Positions 1-13,629 are shown, counted from the first letter of the stretch. The stretch: 64,000 nucleotides of DNA from Felis catus (GCF_018350175.1 NC_058368.1:23128001-23192000); one strand, 5' to 3'. Notes: generated by a model from the letters alone, not told the origin. Numbers and translations are program-made.

Positions 1-50
1 GCTTAAACAAAATAAAAGTTTGCGCTTTTTGTTCAGTACTTAAGGAAATT

Positions 51-120
51 CAAGGATATTTATTCAATATACAAGGAAATATATACAAGGATATTTATTC
101 AATATACAAGGAAATATATA
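51..120. repeat. Perfect 35-bp tandem duplication
   Basis: caaggatatttattcaatatacaaggaaatatata at 51-85 and 86-120. Confidence 0.95.
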
Positions 121-266
121 TATATGTATATATATGTATATATGTATATATACATATGTATACATACATATACATATGTATACATACATATACATATACA
201 TGTATATATACATATATATACATATGGATATATGTATATATATGTATATACATGTATATATATATA
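115..266. repeat. (TA)n/(TATG/TACA) compound microsatellite
   Basis: ~150 bp of nearly uninterrupted alternating purine-pyrimidine sequence. Confidence 0.95.
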
Positions 267-448
267 TTTAAGTTTATTTATTTTGAGAGTGTGGGGGGGG
301 GGGAGGGGCAGAGAGAGAGAAAGAGAGAAAGAAAGAATCCCAAGCAGGCTCTGCACTGTCAGAGACATGGGGCTTGAACCCATGAACCATGAAATCATGA
401 CCTGAGCTGTAGTCAGATGCTTAACTGACTGAGCTATCCAGGTGCCCC
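266..448 (-). mobile_element. CAN-SINE
   Basis: Reverse-strand GGGGCACCTGG head, GA tract, tttatttatt tail. Confidence 0.9.
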
Positions 449-489
449 ATAAAGAAGCATATTTGCTGTGTAAGTTTGAAGGAAAGCAA

Positions 490-912
490 ACTAGGACTTA
501 TGTGGTGGCTTGATTGCCATCAGAGACCCAGAGGACTTCCCTTTATGTGTTTCATTATCCCAGCCCTTGGTTTCCACTCTCAAGGAGCACCTCATTATTT
601 CAAGATGGCTGCTAGAGATCCAGCCATATCATAAACATTCCAGACTGCAGGTAGGAGAAAAGCAAGAGGACAAAATGTTCATTTCCTAGGTGAGTTAATT
701 CCCTTTAAGGAGGCTTTCTAGTTTCTTCACAAAACTTCCACTTCTACCTCATTATCCACAACTTAGTCATATGGCCACACTTAGTTGCCAGGAAGGCTGG
801 GAAATACAGTCTTTATTTCAGTTAGCAATACACCTAGCTAAGTATCAGGGTTCTGTTACAGAGAAGAAGAGGAAAGTGGGTATTGGGTAGAGATCTAGCA
901 ATCTCTGCCACA
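490..912. mobile_element. Old MaLR LTR (MLT1-like)
   Basis: caagatggctgct...cttagtcatatggccacacttagttgccaggaaggctgggaaat resembles MLT1J/K-type consensus as recalled. Confidence 0.6.
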
Positions 913-949
913 CTAACCCTGACTCTTCCCTGTGCTGTGAGCTTATGTG

Positions 950-2290
950 TCTCTGTGTCCATAACATCTCCATTTGGATGCCTAATGGGCTTTTCATACT
1001 AAACTTAGATAAACCTCTTGATTCCCTCCACCCTCAAACCTGCTCCTCCCAGCCTTTTCCATTTCAGTAAACGGCTTCACCTCATTGTTCAAACTAAAAA
1101 CCTAAAGTCATTAAAAAAAAAAAAAGCACCTTTTGTTATGAAAACTCAAACACACTGAAAGGTAGAGCAAATAGTATAAAAAACACCAATAGATCCAGCA
1201 TCTATTGTGCTTGTTTAACCTTTTTTTTTTTTTTTTTTGAACTGAAGTATTTTAAAGTACAGTCATTGTGGGGCACCTGGGTGGCTCAGTCGATTAAGCG
1301 TCTGACTTGGGTTCAGGTCAAGATCTCTTGTCAGGCTCTGTGCTGACTGTGCGGAGCCTGGAGCCTGCTTTGGATTCTGTCTCTGTCTCTCTGCCCCTCC
1401 TCTGCTCACACTCTGTCTCTCTTTCTCTGTGCAAAAATAAACATCAAAAAAAGTAAAGTATAGTCATTGTGACATTGAACTCAAATTCTTCAGTTGGCAT
1501 CTCTAAAACATAAAGGCATTTTTGTGTATATCTGTGATACTATCACCAGTCTTCTCAAAATGAACAATTCTTTACTCCTCTCTTCCTCATCCGCCACAGA
1601 GAGTCAATCAGTAAGTGATGTCAACTCTCTGGCCACTCCTCACTCTCTCCAATGCCATCCCATCTCAGCCACTATCAACCCTTAACTAGACTTTTGTTCT
1701 GCATTCTTCCTTCTAACTCTCCATTTTGCACATAGTATCAAACTATTCTTTCAAAAATTTAAACCATGTTGTATCACCTCCTTAATTAAAACCCTCCAGT
1801 GATTATCTCTTTGTGATTAGATTAGAATCCAGGCTTCTTTAAGACCTACTTGACCTGACTCCTGAGTACCTTTCTAAGCTCTCTGCCTTCTCTCCCCTCA
1901 CTCCTGCCTTATTTTGTTCCTTTGAATACCAGAGTAATTCCTGCCTAACTCTAGTGCTTAGGCTATACCTTCTGCCTGGAAGGGTTCCCCCAGATCTTTG
2001 TATGGCTGGTTTCTTCTCATTCTCAAGTCTTACCACAAATGTCACCTCCTCAGGGAAGCTTCCTCTGCTCATCCTACCTGGAGAAGTGCCCCCCATCTGT
2101 CTTCAATCAATTCATAATCTATTATCCTGTTTTATTTCATGTGGCCTTTATTGCTATTTTAAATTACATTATTTGTTTACTTACTGATGGCCTGTCTTCC
2201 TCTTGTACGGAAGCTCCATGAAAGTGCCTAGAACAATGTACAGTGCAAAATATACAATCAACAAATGATGTTAGTGAATAAATCAATAAA
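950..2290 (+). mobile_element. L2 LINE remnant (fragmented, interrupted by younger inserts)
   Basis: catctccatttggatg, aaaccctccagtg, aaatgtcacctcctcagggaag, tgaataaat 3' end. Confidence 0.6.
1270..1454 (+). mobile_element. CAN-SINE with internal deletion
   Basis: ggggcacctgggtggctcagtcg head; TSD aaagta(c/t)agtcattgtg at 1254-1270 and 1455-1471. Confidence 0.92.
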
Positions 2291-2510
2291 TTGATCTCTG
2301 GATATTGAAAGACTTTGCTTTGAATTTCAGCTCCATTACTTACCAGATGTAGTGGGAAAGTTACTTAATTTGTCCCTAGAATACCAATGTCACAGGACTA
2401 TTATAAAACTTAAGAGGGGTGATTATGTAAAGCACTTAGTATAGCTTTCGATGTATAGTAATCCCTAAAAACATGACAACGGCTATTATTACTACTGCTA
2501 TTAATTATTA
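2290..2510 (+). mobile_element. MIR remnant
   Basis: tttgaatttcagctccattacttaccag...tgtaaagcacttagtatag. Confidence 0.55.
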
Positions 2511-3249
2511 CATGTCTCTGCTGCATTTGATCATTGTGAACATTGCCTCCTGAAGACTGTCTCCTCTTCTGGCCTTTTTGATGCCATACACTTCTAGTTC
2601 TGCTGTCCTTGGAATGCCTCAGAACACCTTCTGTGGCACAACCCTCATCTGATGACTCCATAATTATTCTTTCCATGCCTGATACCACGTATTGCTTGGC
2701 CACAACTGACCGGACAAGAGACGAGCACCTGGTCCCACGGCAGCGTCTGTTCATTGGCCTAGGTGCTACCCCGGCTCAAGAGCTCCAACCACATGTTCTC
2801 TATGATGGGTGATTGCTAAGTAGATAAATGAGCTCATTTCTCCTGAGGAATATGAACAGAGTAAGAGGGAGCACACGAGATAGAGAGATACTGTATCGGG
2901 AGCAGGAGAAGCAGGGACAGAGAATACTTGGTGACTACAAGGATGCCTGGAGTGGGCAGATGAGCATGTAGCCTAGTCACAACTTCATTGTATCTTGATG
3001 ACCTTTCAGGCTCCATTAGTCCTCCATTAGTCCTGCTGCTTCTAACTTTCTGTGCAGTTTCACAATAACCTCTATATCCAAGGTCGCTTATCTGTTCCTC
3101 ACATGGCAAAGAACCTAACCAACACCTCACTGCACAGTTTCACTGGGTTGATTCGACAACCATTTCTTAGCATTTACCATTAGCCACACCCACTCATTTG
3201 CTCTCATAACTTGAACGCTCCTCTGTTGGTAATTCACCAATTGAATCTC

Positions 3250-4010
3250 TAACCTGACCTGTTTCCTGAGGTTGCAGCTCAAAAGAAACTTTCCAGCTTA
3301 AAAGAACTACCTTCCAAACAAACTCATATTTTCTCCCCTTTCTCTCCTCTCATGCCCTGCCTGGCACAAATATGTTCCTCTTCTTTTGTTCCCTGTCTCG
3401 GCTGATGACACTGCTTACTCCCAGTCACTTGGGCTACAAATCTTGGAGTGATCTTTGCCACGTCTGTCTTTATTATCTTCCACAGCTAATCAGCATCTGC
3501 TGATGCATCTGGCCCCTTTGTTCTTTTTACAATGTCCTTCCAGACTGTAGGTGCCTTGCCCCTCCCCTCCTACTCCTCTTCCATCACTGCTCTCCCTTTG
3601 CTTATGTGCTCCCGGCCCACCAGCCTCCTTGCCTGTCCCTGAACAGGCAGACACAAACCTGCTCCAGGGCTTTTGCACCTGCTGTTCCCTTTGCCCAGAA
3701 CTTTTTCTGAGCTCTATTCCTCTTCGTCTTCACATCTTTGCTCAAATATCCTTGTGTCACCTTTCCTAATCACCTTGTTTAAATTCTAAGAACCTGACAA
3801 CTGACTTTCCTTAACCTCTTCCACTGTTTATTTTCTCCACAGCCCTCCAACGTGCTACGTAACTTACTTATTTTTTTCATTTGTTGCATCCCCCTTTCTC
3901 CACTTGGCAGCCCAACACAGTCGAATGTGTGCACCACGGGGGCAGGAATTAATATCCCCAAGGCTCAACAGTGCCTGCTACGTAGTAAACACTCAATAAC
4001 TGCGTGTTTA
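3250..4010 (+). mobile_element. L2 LINE remnant
   Basis: ccagggcttttgcacctgctgttccct; aacagtgcctgctacgtagtaaacactcaataa. Confidence 0.6.
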
Positions 4011-5871
4011 ATCCATTAATTGATTACTCAGTCTCTCTCTGCTACCATTGTTTGTTTGTTTTCTTTTTAAACTGTTTCAAGACTATTTTTAAAACCAGTC
4101 ACGACACTAAGCTTTTGGCCCGTTTGCCCACTCCACCAGCTACAAATGCTTGCTCAGCAGCTGAGGGGCACTCTTTAGTAGCATGTGTGAAAAGTAAATA
4201 AAATCCATATAAAACAAATCGTTTCCATAGGCTGCATTCTTATAGTCTTGCTACAATGCCAATGCTATATCCTGGGCATATGTTTCTGACCCACATGGAA
4301 AAAATTATAAATCTGGCCAGTTGGAACTGCCATCTGGAGTAGCACTAGCTTTTTTCTAATAAGCTCTGTGTCTTGGCCCTTCTCAGCCATTAAGGGCTTA
4401 GAACTGTCAGAGTGATAGTGTTTTCAGCTACCCCCACCGTTGTTTGTCCTTGCCGCAAAAGGCAGTGTCCTGTGCCTCCTGGAAAAGCAGAGACCCATCT
4501 GGTTCCTCCAGTAATATGGTGGAAAGCAAATCCTGCAAGAATCCGTGATCATTTTCTTTTAGTTTTCTATTTGCACTGAAGCCTAGGTCCCTCCCTCTTT
4601 TTCAATAAATATCTTTAGAATATTTAGAATATTCAGAGTGATTAATTTTGTTTGAAATCCATGTTATATTCTGCTTTTATTTTTTTAAAGTTTTTTTTCC
4701 CATTATAAAAACAACATATGCACAGTTTCATTTTAAAAAAATGTAAATATGGGGGAGAAATCACCCAACAACTTTTGGAATAATCACTATTCATGTTTTG
4801 CCCTGTTCCTTTCTATGAATATTCTTCTCATGAATATATATTTCTTGCTTTTTTTCAACTAAGATTACACTATGACAATATGTCAATGTTAATACAAAAC
4901 TATATAATTTTGAATAAATAATCTAATTTAGGTAACTTCATTTATTTTTTCCTTTTTAAAATCATTCTACATTTGGACATGTATTTCGAACTTTTTGCAT
5001 TAAACTGAAATTGAGATTAACTTCTCTGGGCATATGGTTTTCCTGACTTTGGTATTATTGACTTAGACTAGGATTTCTGAGAGAAATTACTAAATCATAG
5101 AGTATGAATGATTAGAAAGCTCCTGATGTACAACCTAACTTCTTTTCAGAGCTGTTTTCCTTAAGCTTCTTTGGATGGAAGGAGTCATTCAGGTTGCCTC
5201 GGTCATTGGGAAGTTTATAGGAATGGCAATTGGAGAAAAACCTAAGGCAGGAATCCAAGCCATAAAAGCCAGGCCTCATGTAATGTCACAGAGTGAAAAT
5301 GAATTATCTGAGCCTCGCAGGCTGCAACTGAAGGTCAGTCAGGATGCAGGGAGCTCTGGGGAGCAGCTTGTCACTTGTCACCCATGAGCACTCACAGCCC
5401 AGGAGGCTCTGCCCTAGAGATCCCTTGTTAACAACCGGTCTCTTTCATCTTCTGTTCCTATCACCGACTCCTCAACTCCTTTTCCTATTTTCAATTCATT
5501 TTCACCACAGAAGTAATAACTGGTTCAGCCAATAGTCATCATACTTATTGAGACTGAATTTTTACTTCAGACTTCATCATTGGTCAGTTGGACAGATTAT
5601 ATTTGGTTATTCTCGGCTAAGTGCTCGTTTCTGTCTCAATCCTTTGTGGGGTTAGGCAAAATAGAATGTGACCTTCCTTCATTGAACTTGTGATAATCTG
5701 CTTGTAATGATTCAAAATATGTAACTACCAATGGCAGAGGCACTGACCAGTCAGTCCCAGCCAATGTGTCATGATGGAGTATCCCTGCTAGATATCATCT
5801 CTGGATAAGGACCCAGCAGGCTTGGTGGTCAGTCTATTCAGTACCAGTTCACCTGCCCATCAAAAAGGTAG

Positions 5872-6240
5872 GAAGTCATAGCAGCACTGTTCACAATAGC
5901 CCAAAAGAGGAAATAACCTGTGTCCGTCAACAGATGAATGGATAAATCAAAATATGAAATATCTATATAGTGGAGTAATATCCATCCATAAAAAGGAATG
6001 AAGTTTTTAATTAATTTTTTTAGTGTTTATTATTTATTTTTGAGGGAGAGAGCATGAGTGAGGGAGGGGCAGAGAGAGAGGGAGACACAGAATCTGGAGC
6101 ATACTCCAGGCTCTGAGCTGTCAGCACAGAGCTTGATGCAGGGCTCAAACTCAAAAACCGTGAGATCATGACTTGAGCTGCAATCAGATGCTTAACCAAC
6201 TGAGGTACCCAGGTACCCCAAGGAATGAAGTATTGATTGT
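5872..6240 (+). mobile_element. L1 3' fragment interrupted by a SINE
   Basis: catagcagcactgttcacaatagcccaaaag...cagatgaatggataaa...aaaaggaatgaagt. Confidence 0.7.
6005..6219 (-). mobile_element. CAN-SINE
   Basis: TSD aaggaatgaagt at 5993-6004 and 6220-6231. Confidence 0.92.
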
Positions 6241-6526
6241 ATGGAACCTGCAGATCATAATTTTGTAGGCTTTCACTAAGAAAAATATTATAAAATTATC
6301 TAATTTAAGGTAGGTAGAAAAATGAATATATATATATATATAATATGAAAGGAAATCACAATAGGTTACTAATTTTAAAAAGCTGAAAAATGTATTCTGA
6401 ATATCACAGAATCTTGAAAAAGAACACAATATCTCTACTAACGAACTACCTGACACATGTCTACATTTCTCTCTCTCCCTCTCTGTCTCTCTTTCTCTTT
6501 GGTTGCATACAGTGGTTACCTCTTCT

Positions 6527-6723
6527 AAAGTTTATTCATTTATTTTGAGGAGAGGAGCAGGTGAGTGGGGGAGGGGCAAAGTAAGAGAGAGAAAATCCCA
6601 AGCAATCCCCGCACTGTCAGCACAGAGCCAGACACAGGGATAGATCCCACGAACTGTGAGATCATGACCTGAGCCAAAATCAAGAGCCGGATGCTTAACC
6701 AACTGAGCCATCTAGGCACCGCC
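6527..6723 (-). mobile_element. CAN-SINE
   Basis: TSD ttacctcttcta on both sides. Confidence 0.9.
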
Positions 6724-7405
6724 TGATTACCTCTTCTATGGCCACAGCTTTATAATATAATTTTAAAGACAGAGAGCAGAAAGATAATTCAGACTTCTTT
6801 TTAGCATGGTTGGTTGAAATTCTTTTTTTTTTTTTAATTTGGTAGTTGGGATGCATAAAGCATTCAGTTTCACACAATGTGATATGTAGTACTGCTACAA
6901 GTTTGTGTCCTACAACTCAGAACCTCTGATAAATTCTATTTCACATGATTCACATTAAAAAAAAAGATTATAAATATATGGTGAATTTATCAAATATGTC
7001 CTAATAGGCAAGAATAGCCATTTTGACCAGATATCTGTAAAAAGTAAGCATCCTTCTTATAATTTTGCATACCTAACAATTAAAATAATTTCCCACAGAT
7101 TGGCTTCTGGCTCCATTTATTTCGAGCCTTGTTTCTTTCCCACTACCTACATAACTCTAATATCATGCACCATAAGACATGTTCATATTTCAGTGTGATC
7201 TCTGGCCCTGCAGCTTGTTGTCAGATCAGCAGGTGGTTGGCAAAGTAAGTTGTAGGAGTATTTGTGGAAACCATTCCTACACCAGAGGCCTACCAATAAC
7301 CTGGCTCTGATGGAGGTGACTGCACACCACATGAATGCATCCCACTAAATCCAATCTAAATGTGTCTCCAAGTCAGCTTCCTTTTACCTGATTTCAGGAG
7401 TTCCT

Positions 7406-7610
7406 GGGGCACCTGGGTGGCTCAGTAGGTTGAGGGTCTGACTTTGGCTCAGGTCATGATCTCGCGGTTCCTTGAGTTTGAGCCCCACATCTGGCTCACT
7501 GCTGTCAGCCTATCAGCTCAGAGTCCACTTTGGATCCTCTGTCCCAATCTCTCTGCCCCTCTCCCCCTTGCACTTTCCAAAAAATAAATATTAAAAAAAA
7601 ATACAATAAA
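7406..7610 (+). mobile_element. CAN-SINE
   Basis: ggggcacctgggtggctcag head, CT tract, A tail. Confidence 0.9.
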
Positions 7611-7859
7611 AGGATTTCATGATGCCATTCCAATGCTGCACTTCACAAAGTAAAGCATGTTGGAGAGGACCTCCGAGTGGAAAGAGAACAATGGTCTTAA
7701 CCAATTGTGATTAAAATATCTTATTTTGCAAAGTTCTCAAAAACAACATAAGAAGTTGAAAAATTGTTGGGTATCTTCCCAGGGCCTCAAAAAGGGCCTG
7801 TGCAAGTGAGGAGTCCCAAAGTTTATGCTTCATTAGCTCCAAAGGAAATCTGCCAAATT

Positions 7860-8219
7860 GCCCTTCATAGAGGTTATACTAAGTTACTGTTCTACCCATA
7901 ATGCAAAGGCTTCCTTTCCCAAGGTCTTGAATGCAGAGAGCATTACCAAATTTGTAGATTTTTGCCAACCTGATGGGTAGGGCAAAACAACTTAGCACAG
8001 TTGTATATTGCATTTCTCAAATTATGAGTTAAGTTGAGCATTTTTTTCTTAGCTTTAAGATCCATATGTTTTTTCTTCTGTGAACTCTCAGTTCATTTTT
8101 TCCCCTCTTTTTTCTATTGGGTTGTTAGTCCTTTTCTTCTTGATTGGCAGGAACTCTTTATGCATTGGTAGATGCATTTTATCTTGATATGAATTGCAAA
8201 TCCTTTTTATGTGTTTGCT

Positions 8220-8254
<35 letters not shown>

Positions 8255-8785
8255 TTATCTCTTAGATTCTTTATTATTATTTTTTGTTGAGGTATAATCG
8301 GCACATTATACTAGTTTCAAGTGTACAACATAATGATTTGGTATTTGTGTACATTTGCAAAATGACCACTACAACTAGTCTAGTTAATATCTGTCACCAT
8401 ACAGGGTGCCTGAGTGGCTCAATTGGTTACGCATCCAACTCTTGATTGTGGCTCAGGTTGTGATCTCACAGTTCAGGGGATTAAGCCCCATGTTGGGGTC
8501 TGTGTTGAGAGCTCTGAGCCTGCTTGGGATTCCCTCTCTGCCTCTCTCTCTGCCCCTCCTTCCTCTTTCTCAAAATAAATAAATTAACTAAAAAATACCT
8601 GTGAGCATACATAGTGACAAAAATTGTTTCTTGAGATGAGGACTTTTGAGATCTACTCTCTTAGCAACTTTCAGATATACCATACAGTATTATTAACTAT
8701 AGTCATCATGCTGTACATGATATCCCCAGGACTTATTTTGCAAAAGGAAGTTTGTAAACTTTGATCCATTTCACCCATTTTTTCT
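7860..8785 (-). mobile_element. L1 fragments (older L1M body plus an L1MA/carnivore-type 3' end), with (TTTA)n near 8219-8258
   Basis: ttgcatttctcaaattatgag; gtttcaagtgtacaacataatgatt; tcttagcaactttcagatatac. Confidence 0.7.
8404..8595 (+). mobile_element. CAN-SINE inside L1
   Basis: gggtgcctgagtggctcaattgg head; degenerate TSD aata(t/c)ctgt..cata. Confidence 0.88.
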
Positions 8786-8868
8786 TGTCATGTGTGTAAG
8801 TTGTTGTTGTTGCTGCCAGACTGAAAATTTCTTTTATTTTATTATTTTCAAAAATTTGTTCTAGTTCT

Positions 8869-9100
8869 TTTTTTTTTTTAAGTTTTAAATGTTTATTTAC
8901 CTTTGAGAGAGAGAGAGAGACAGAGAGACAGTGTGAGAGCAGGGGAGGGGCAGAGAAAGGAGACATAGAATTCAAAGCAGGCTCCAGGCTCTGAGCTGTC
9001 AGCACAGAGTCCAACACAGGGCTCGAACCCACGAACCGCAAGATCATAACCTGCCTGAGCTGAAGTCGGACACTTAACTGACTGAGCCACCCGGGTACCC
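8869..9100 (-). mobile_element. CAN-SINE
   Basis: Full-length reverse copy with poly(T) and GA tract. Confidence 0.92.
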
Positions 9101-10136
9101 TGAAATTTTAAGGTATTATATTGTTAACTTTATCACGATTTCATTTTTTATATTTGAATTTTTGATCCACATGGTATGAAAAGTTTTTCCATCTGTAGAA
9201 GATGAAATTCTAGACATTCATTGAGGAAAGGGTACTGTTCCTAAGTCTCATCTTAAAAAACAAACAAAACAAAAAATCCTATACTTTTAACTAAAGCTTT
9301 ATTATTAATATGCTTCCTTCAATGAGTTAGAATTTACTGAACACCCATATGTGCTAAATCTTTACATTTCTCTTGTTGAAAAATGCGACTCTGCGTTTCA
9401 AAGTGTTCCAAGTAAAGACTCATCCACTCTTGAAAAAAAAAAAAAGTAATAAATAAATAGAATGCTCAGTGGCCAGAAATAAAAATTCTTCATGCTTCCC
9501 AAACAACTTAACATTTATAGTATTTTAGATGGTTCTGTCCTTTCTTCATGGTTGGTCCCATATGCTTCCTGTGTCCTTCTCTGGGGATAGCAACCCTCCT
9601 TTGTAGTGCAGGTACTTATTTTCCAAGAAAAGATCAAATGCTCCTCTCAGCTGGAAACACCCACTCTCCGTGTTGTTTCAAAGGGTTTCATACTCCTGCA
9701 TTCCAGACATGTCCAAACTAAACCCTGGTCAGAAAAAGACCTGGCCCTGATTTTCAATGCAACTTGTTGTCTTTTACTCTGGAATGAGATCAGAAAAATG
9801 TGCGTATTCTTCACTTATGATTGTAATTTATTAATTACATAATAACTTTACATTAATGCTTATTCAATATTCATCACTACCAAAAGTAGTCTTTATTATT
9901 CTCTGGTGTTCAAAGGTGAATTACCACCTGGATTCATTTAACAGTACTATGGTTCTTCTTTTGGTGCTTAACAGAACTCTTTGAGCAAACTTAGGGAACT
10001 AGAACATACTTAGTTTTGAAGGAAAGTGCCATCCCTGAGGCATAATCAGGAACCAAAAGACTGAAGTGTTACTAGAACTAAAAGGTGCCTCTGAAATCTC
10101 TTGGTTCAATCCCTTCATTTTAAAGGTGAAGAAGTA

Positions 10137-10350
10137 GGGGTGCCTGGGTGGCTCAGTCAGTTAAGTGGCCGACTTTGGCTCAGGTCATGATCTCGCAGTC
10201 CGTGAGTTCGAGCCCTGTATTGGGCTCTGTGCTGACAGCTCAGAGCCTGAAGCCTGCTTTGGATTCTGTGTCTCCCTCCCTCTCTGCCCCTCCCCTGCTC
10301 ATGCTCTGTCTCTCTCTGTCTCAAAAATAAATAAAACATTAAAAAAAAAT
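10137..10350 (+). mobile_element. CAN-SINE
   Basis: TSD tttaaag(g/a)tgaagaagta. Confidence 0.93.
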
Positions 10351-12109
10351 TTAAAGATGAAGAAGTAAAGACCCAGAGAACTCTGAGCTTAATGACATGT
10401 TTCTTATATTTATCCCAAGTCAGCACGCCTATAAATAATGCCTTCTTTATTTTTATTTGATTAATTCATGTGGTTAATATGTTATTTTTGTTTCTTTTTA
10501 AAATGTGTAAGTGTAAAAACCGTTGGGAGGAAAAAATCACCCCAAATCTCTCTACCGAGGGGCAGTCACTGTTAAAAGGCAGCATGACCATCACTTAAGG
10601 GAATGAGCTTTGGAACCAGACAGTGCCAGACAGAACCTCATCAGTTAACCTTTCTGAGCTTCAGTCTTTATGACAACAAGGGAGACGACAGTATTCACCT
10701 CATGGTGAAAATTAAAGTATATTGCGTAGGTAAGGCATTCAGGTCAGTGAGCTAAATGTTTGTATTCAATTCATGCTAGCAATCCTTAGTATTACAGTTG
10801 AGATAACACTCCATACATTTTTATACCATGTTTTTTTTCACTTACTGCGTCATATGCATTTTCCCAGGTCATCAAAGAATCTTTATTAATGCACTTCTTT
10901 TATGTCATGACCATCTTGGTAAAGAAAAATTGGAGTTCTTTTCCATTCCACAGCCAAGTTGTGTATACCTTCTCAACAGAAGCTGAATCAGCAGCTGCCA
11001 ACAAAGGGGAAAGGAAACAAGGGTTAATTAAGAGGAACTATTTTGGAATAAACAGCTGGATTTACAAGGGTGTGCATGAGAATGCTTTGATGCATGCATT
11101 TAGAGAGTAAAGGATATAGAATAATTGATGGCTATATTGGCAGATCAAAGTGTCTCAAGGGCATTGCAGGCTTGCAGAGTTAAACTGTTTGCACTTTTCC
11201 TGCATTTAGTGTGTGTATTTTGTGAGCATAATAATAATTTGTACTCACATAGAAGCTTTCATCTAGGGAGGAGCTCAAAGCACTTTGAAGATGTTAATAA
11301 GAAAAAGACCTGCTAATTAAGATTGCTTAAAAAGAAAAACTCTCCTTTCAGCAGGCTCACATGATTGTTGGGAGGATTCGGACTTAAAGAGATTTGTTAT
11401 CACAAGTGAGTTATTTCGAATGTTTTCCCTTTAAAACACGCCGTTGGCCTTAGTTTACTGATAAAAATGTCTTTCTCTGGACAGTCACACCACATGTAAC
11501 AAGAATAATGGAACAGTCTATGACGTGCTTGATTTTGGAGAGCACACTCTTATCTAAAAAAGTACCGTGTTGGACATTTGTAGTGAGTTTTCAGGTTATC
11601 AGATAAAGTTGTAGATTAAACGTAACAAAACAAGCTTAGAAGGACAAAGCATTCCCAGGCCTTTCTGGAATTATATTTGTTAAAGGAAATTCAGACAGCA
11701 AAAATCGTATCTCAGTGCATGGTGAAAAGGGTGACTTTGTTAAGAGTTCTACAAGCTTCCAGCTCAACTTCCCTGCATCAAATACACGAAAGCAAATCCC
11801 TACATAGATGAAATCAATTCATGAAACCTTTCCCAATCCAACTGTTAGAATCGGATGCCTCCCTTCTCTCTGCTCCCTGGTCAGCGAATGGTATTTGTTT
11901 GGAAATATTCTTTGTATGATGACTTAGTATTTGAGTCTTTTTTTTCATGTGTCAGATATTTATAGTTCTTCCCCACTAGAGAGTAAACTCCAAGTAGGCA
12001 AAAATATTTTTTATTCATCTTAAAATCCTATAAGAGGACTTAGCACAGTATGTGATCCTTAACACAACATACCCATTAATAACTATTTCTTTTAATTACG
12101 AATTTTATT

Positions 12110-12600
12110 ATAACAGTTTCATAATAGAAAAAGAAATTGGAAATAGCGTCAATGTCCATCTATAGGGCAAGGGCTAAATAAAGTTATGAGACATCCGTAC
12201 AATGGGATACCATGTCAGTGTTAAAAAGAATGAGATAGACTTGGAAAAATTCAATGATCTATGGAATGAACAACTCAATTATAAGAATATATTTTAGGAT
12301 CTCCTTTTTTTGCAAAAAAAAAAAAAAACAAAACACAAAAAACAAACCAATGGGTGATTGAGAGATGCCTGGGATGAATACATAGATAGAAAGTTAGACA
12401 GACCAATCAAATTTTTTTATTATTCATAGAAATTGGAAGCCCTGAAAAATATGGGCAAATCATCAACAGTGAATATTCCTGGTGAATGGGGCTCCTCAGC
12501 CCTCAGTCAGTGGGCTGGCTTTGAGAGGAAAGTCCTTCACTTGTTACTTTTACCTTTGTATTGTTTGAAGTTTTAGCAATGAGCAAGTATTATTTTTGGT
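12110..12600 (+). mobile_element. Old L1 (L1M-type) 3' fragment
   Basis: ttggaaatagcgtcaatgtccatc...taaaaagaatgag. Confidence 0.55.
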
Positions 12601-13519
12601 CAAAAAAAAAAAAAAGGGAAACTATTTATTGACTTTAAGTTTGTATTTGTTGAACTTGCTTTCGGTCAGGCAGATGACCTAATATCCCATATTTCTGCGC
12701 TTTGCAGCCTGTCTCCCTGACAGCCTCTGGCACTGAACGAGCTGGAGGGGACAAAGCCTTCCTTTTTTCAAGAGTAAGCATTTAGCCCGATTCAAACTGA
12801 CTCTCTTGGGCATCTTCCTGGGGCACCTTTCCAGGGCCTTGGTTTCTAAATTCGGTATACTAATGGGCTGGGACAGATTCCCTGGCTGACTTTGGAAGTT
12901 GTCAAAATCTCTCTGGTAACTTTCCTAGGCTTTTTGGTCTCTAACAAGACATGGACCTTTTTCAGTTGTAAATCAGCTTACATCAAAATTCATGTGGGAG
13001 GCCGTGCTGCTCCTGAAATCTCTCTGCTCACTCTTTTCAGCTGCTGAGCTCTCGGTCCCTGGAAACTCCTGCCTCCTGGGATAATCAGAAATAGCCACCT
13101 GGGCTAATTTCCTAAGTGGCCATTCTCTTGTTTTGACCAGTAGGAGGGGCGTGATCTGTTTTCTCCGTACAGTTTGTATAGTTTGGCTTGCTGCCAGCAT
13201 GGTTCTCTCAACCGAAGGAAAACCAAACACTATCGAAAATGGGAGGAAAAAAGGGAATTTGTGGGACTATTATAGATTAATCCAGTTTGCTGGGATCTGG
13301 CCTGGCCCATTTTTAGTGGGGGCTGGTTTAGAGTTAGTTTGTGGTTACATAAACTTGCCAACAATCCGGAAGAGGAAACAATACCCTCTGGTGGTAACAT
13401 TATATTCTGCACCGTGTACCCTAAATTTCAACCTTAGGCCAAGTTGCCTTACCTGCACTTGTACCACAGTACATGTGAACATTTTTAGTCACAGGAATCT
13501 ATACTTTTTTTTAAAGCTT

Positions 13520-13629
13520 ATTATTATTATTGTTATTTTAGTAAACTCTACACCCAATGTGGGGCTTGAACCCACAACCCTGAGATCAAGAGTGGCATGC
13601 TCTTCTGACTGAGCCGGCCAGGCAATCCC
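13520..13629 (-). mobile_element. Short CAN-SINE variant
   Basis: gtaaactctacacccaatgtggggcttgaacccacaaccctgagatcaagag. Confidence 0.85.

Noticed and set aside
99..405. Tyr/Ile-rich ORFs
   Set aside because: Translation of the (TA)n tract plus a SINE
1270..1330. tRNA-like A/B-box sequences (GGTGGCTCAGTCGG..GTTCGAGCCC) throughout the window
   Set aside because: They are tRNA-derived SINE heads followed by CT tracts and A tails, not tRNA genes
4320..4345. CTCF-like motif (reverse ACTCCAGATGGCAG)
   Set aside because: 5' half of the consensus mismatched; too weak without ChIP data
13133..13612. 159-aa ORF
   Set aside because: Non-ATG start, no recognisable homology, ends inside a SINE
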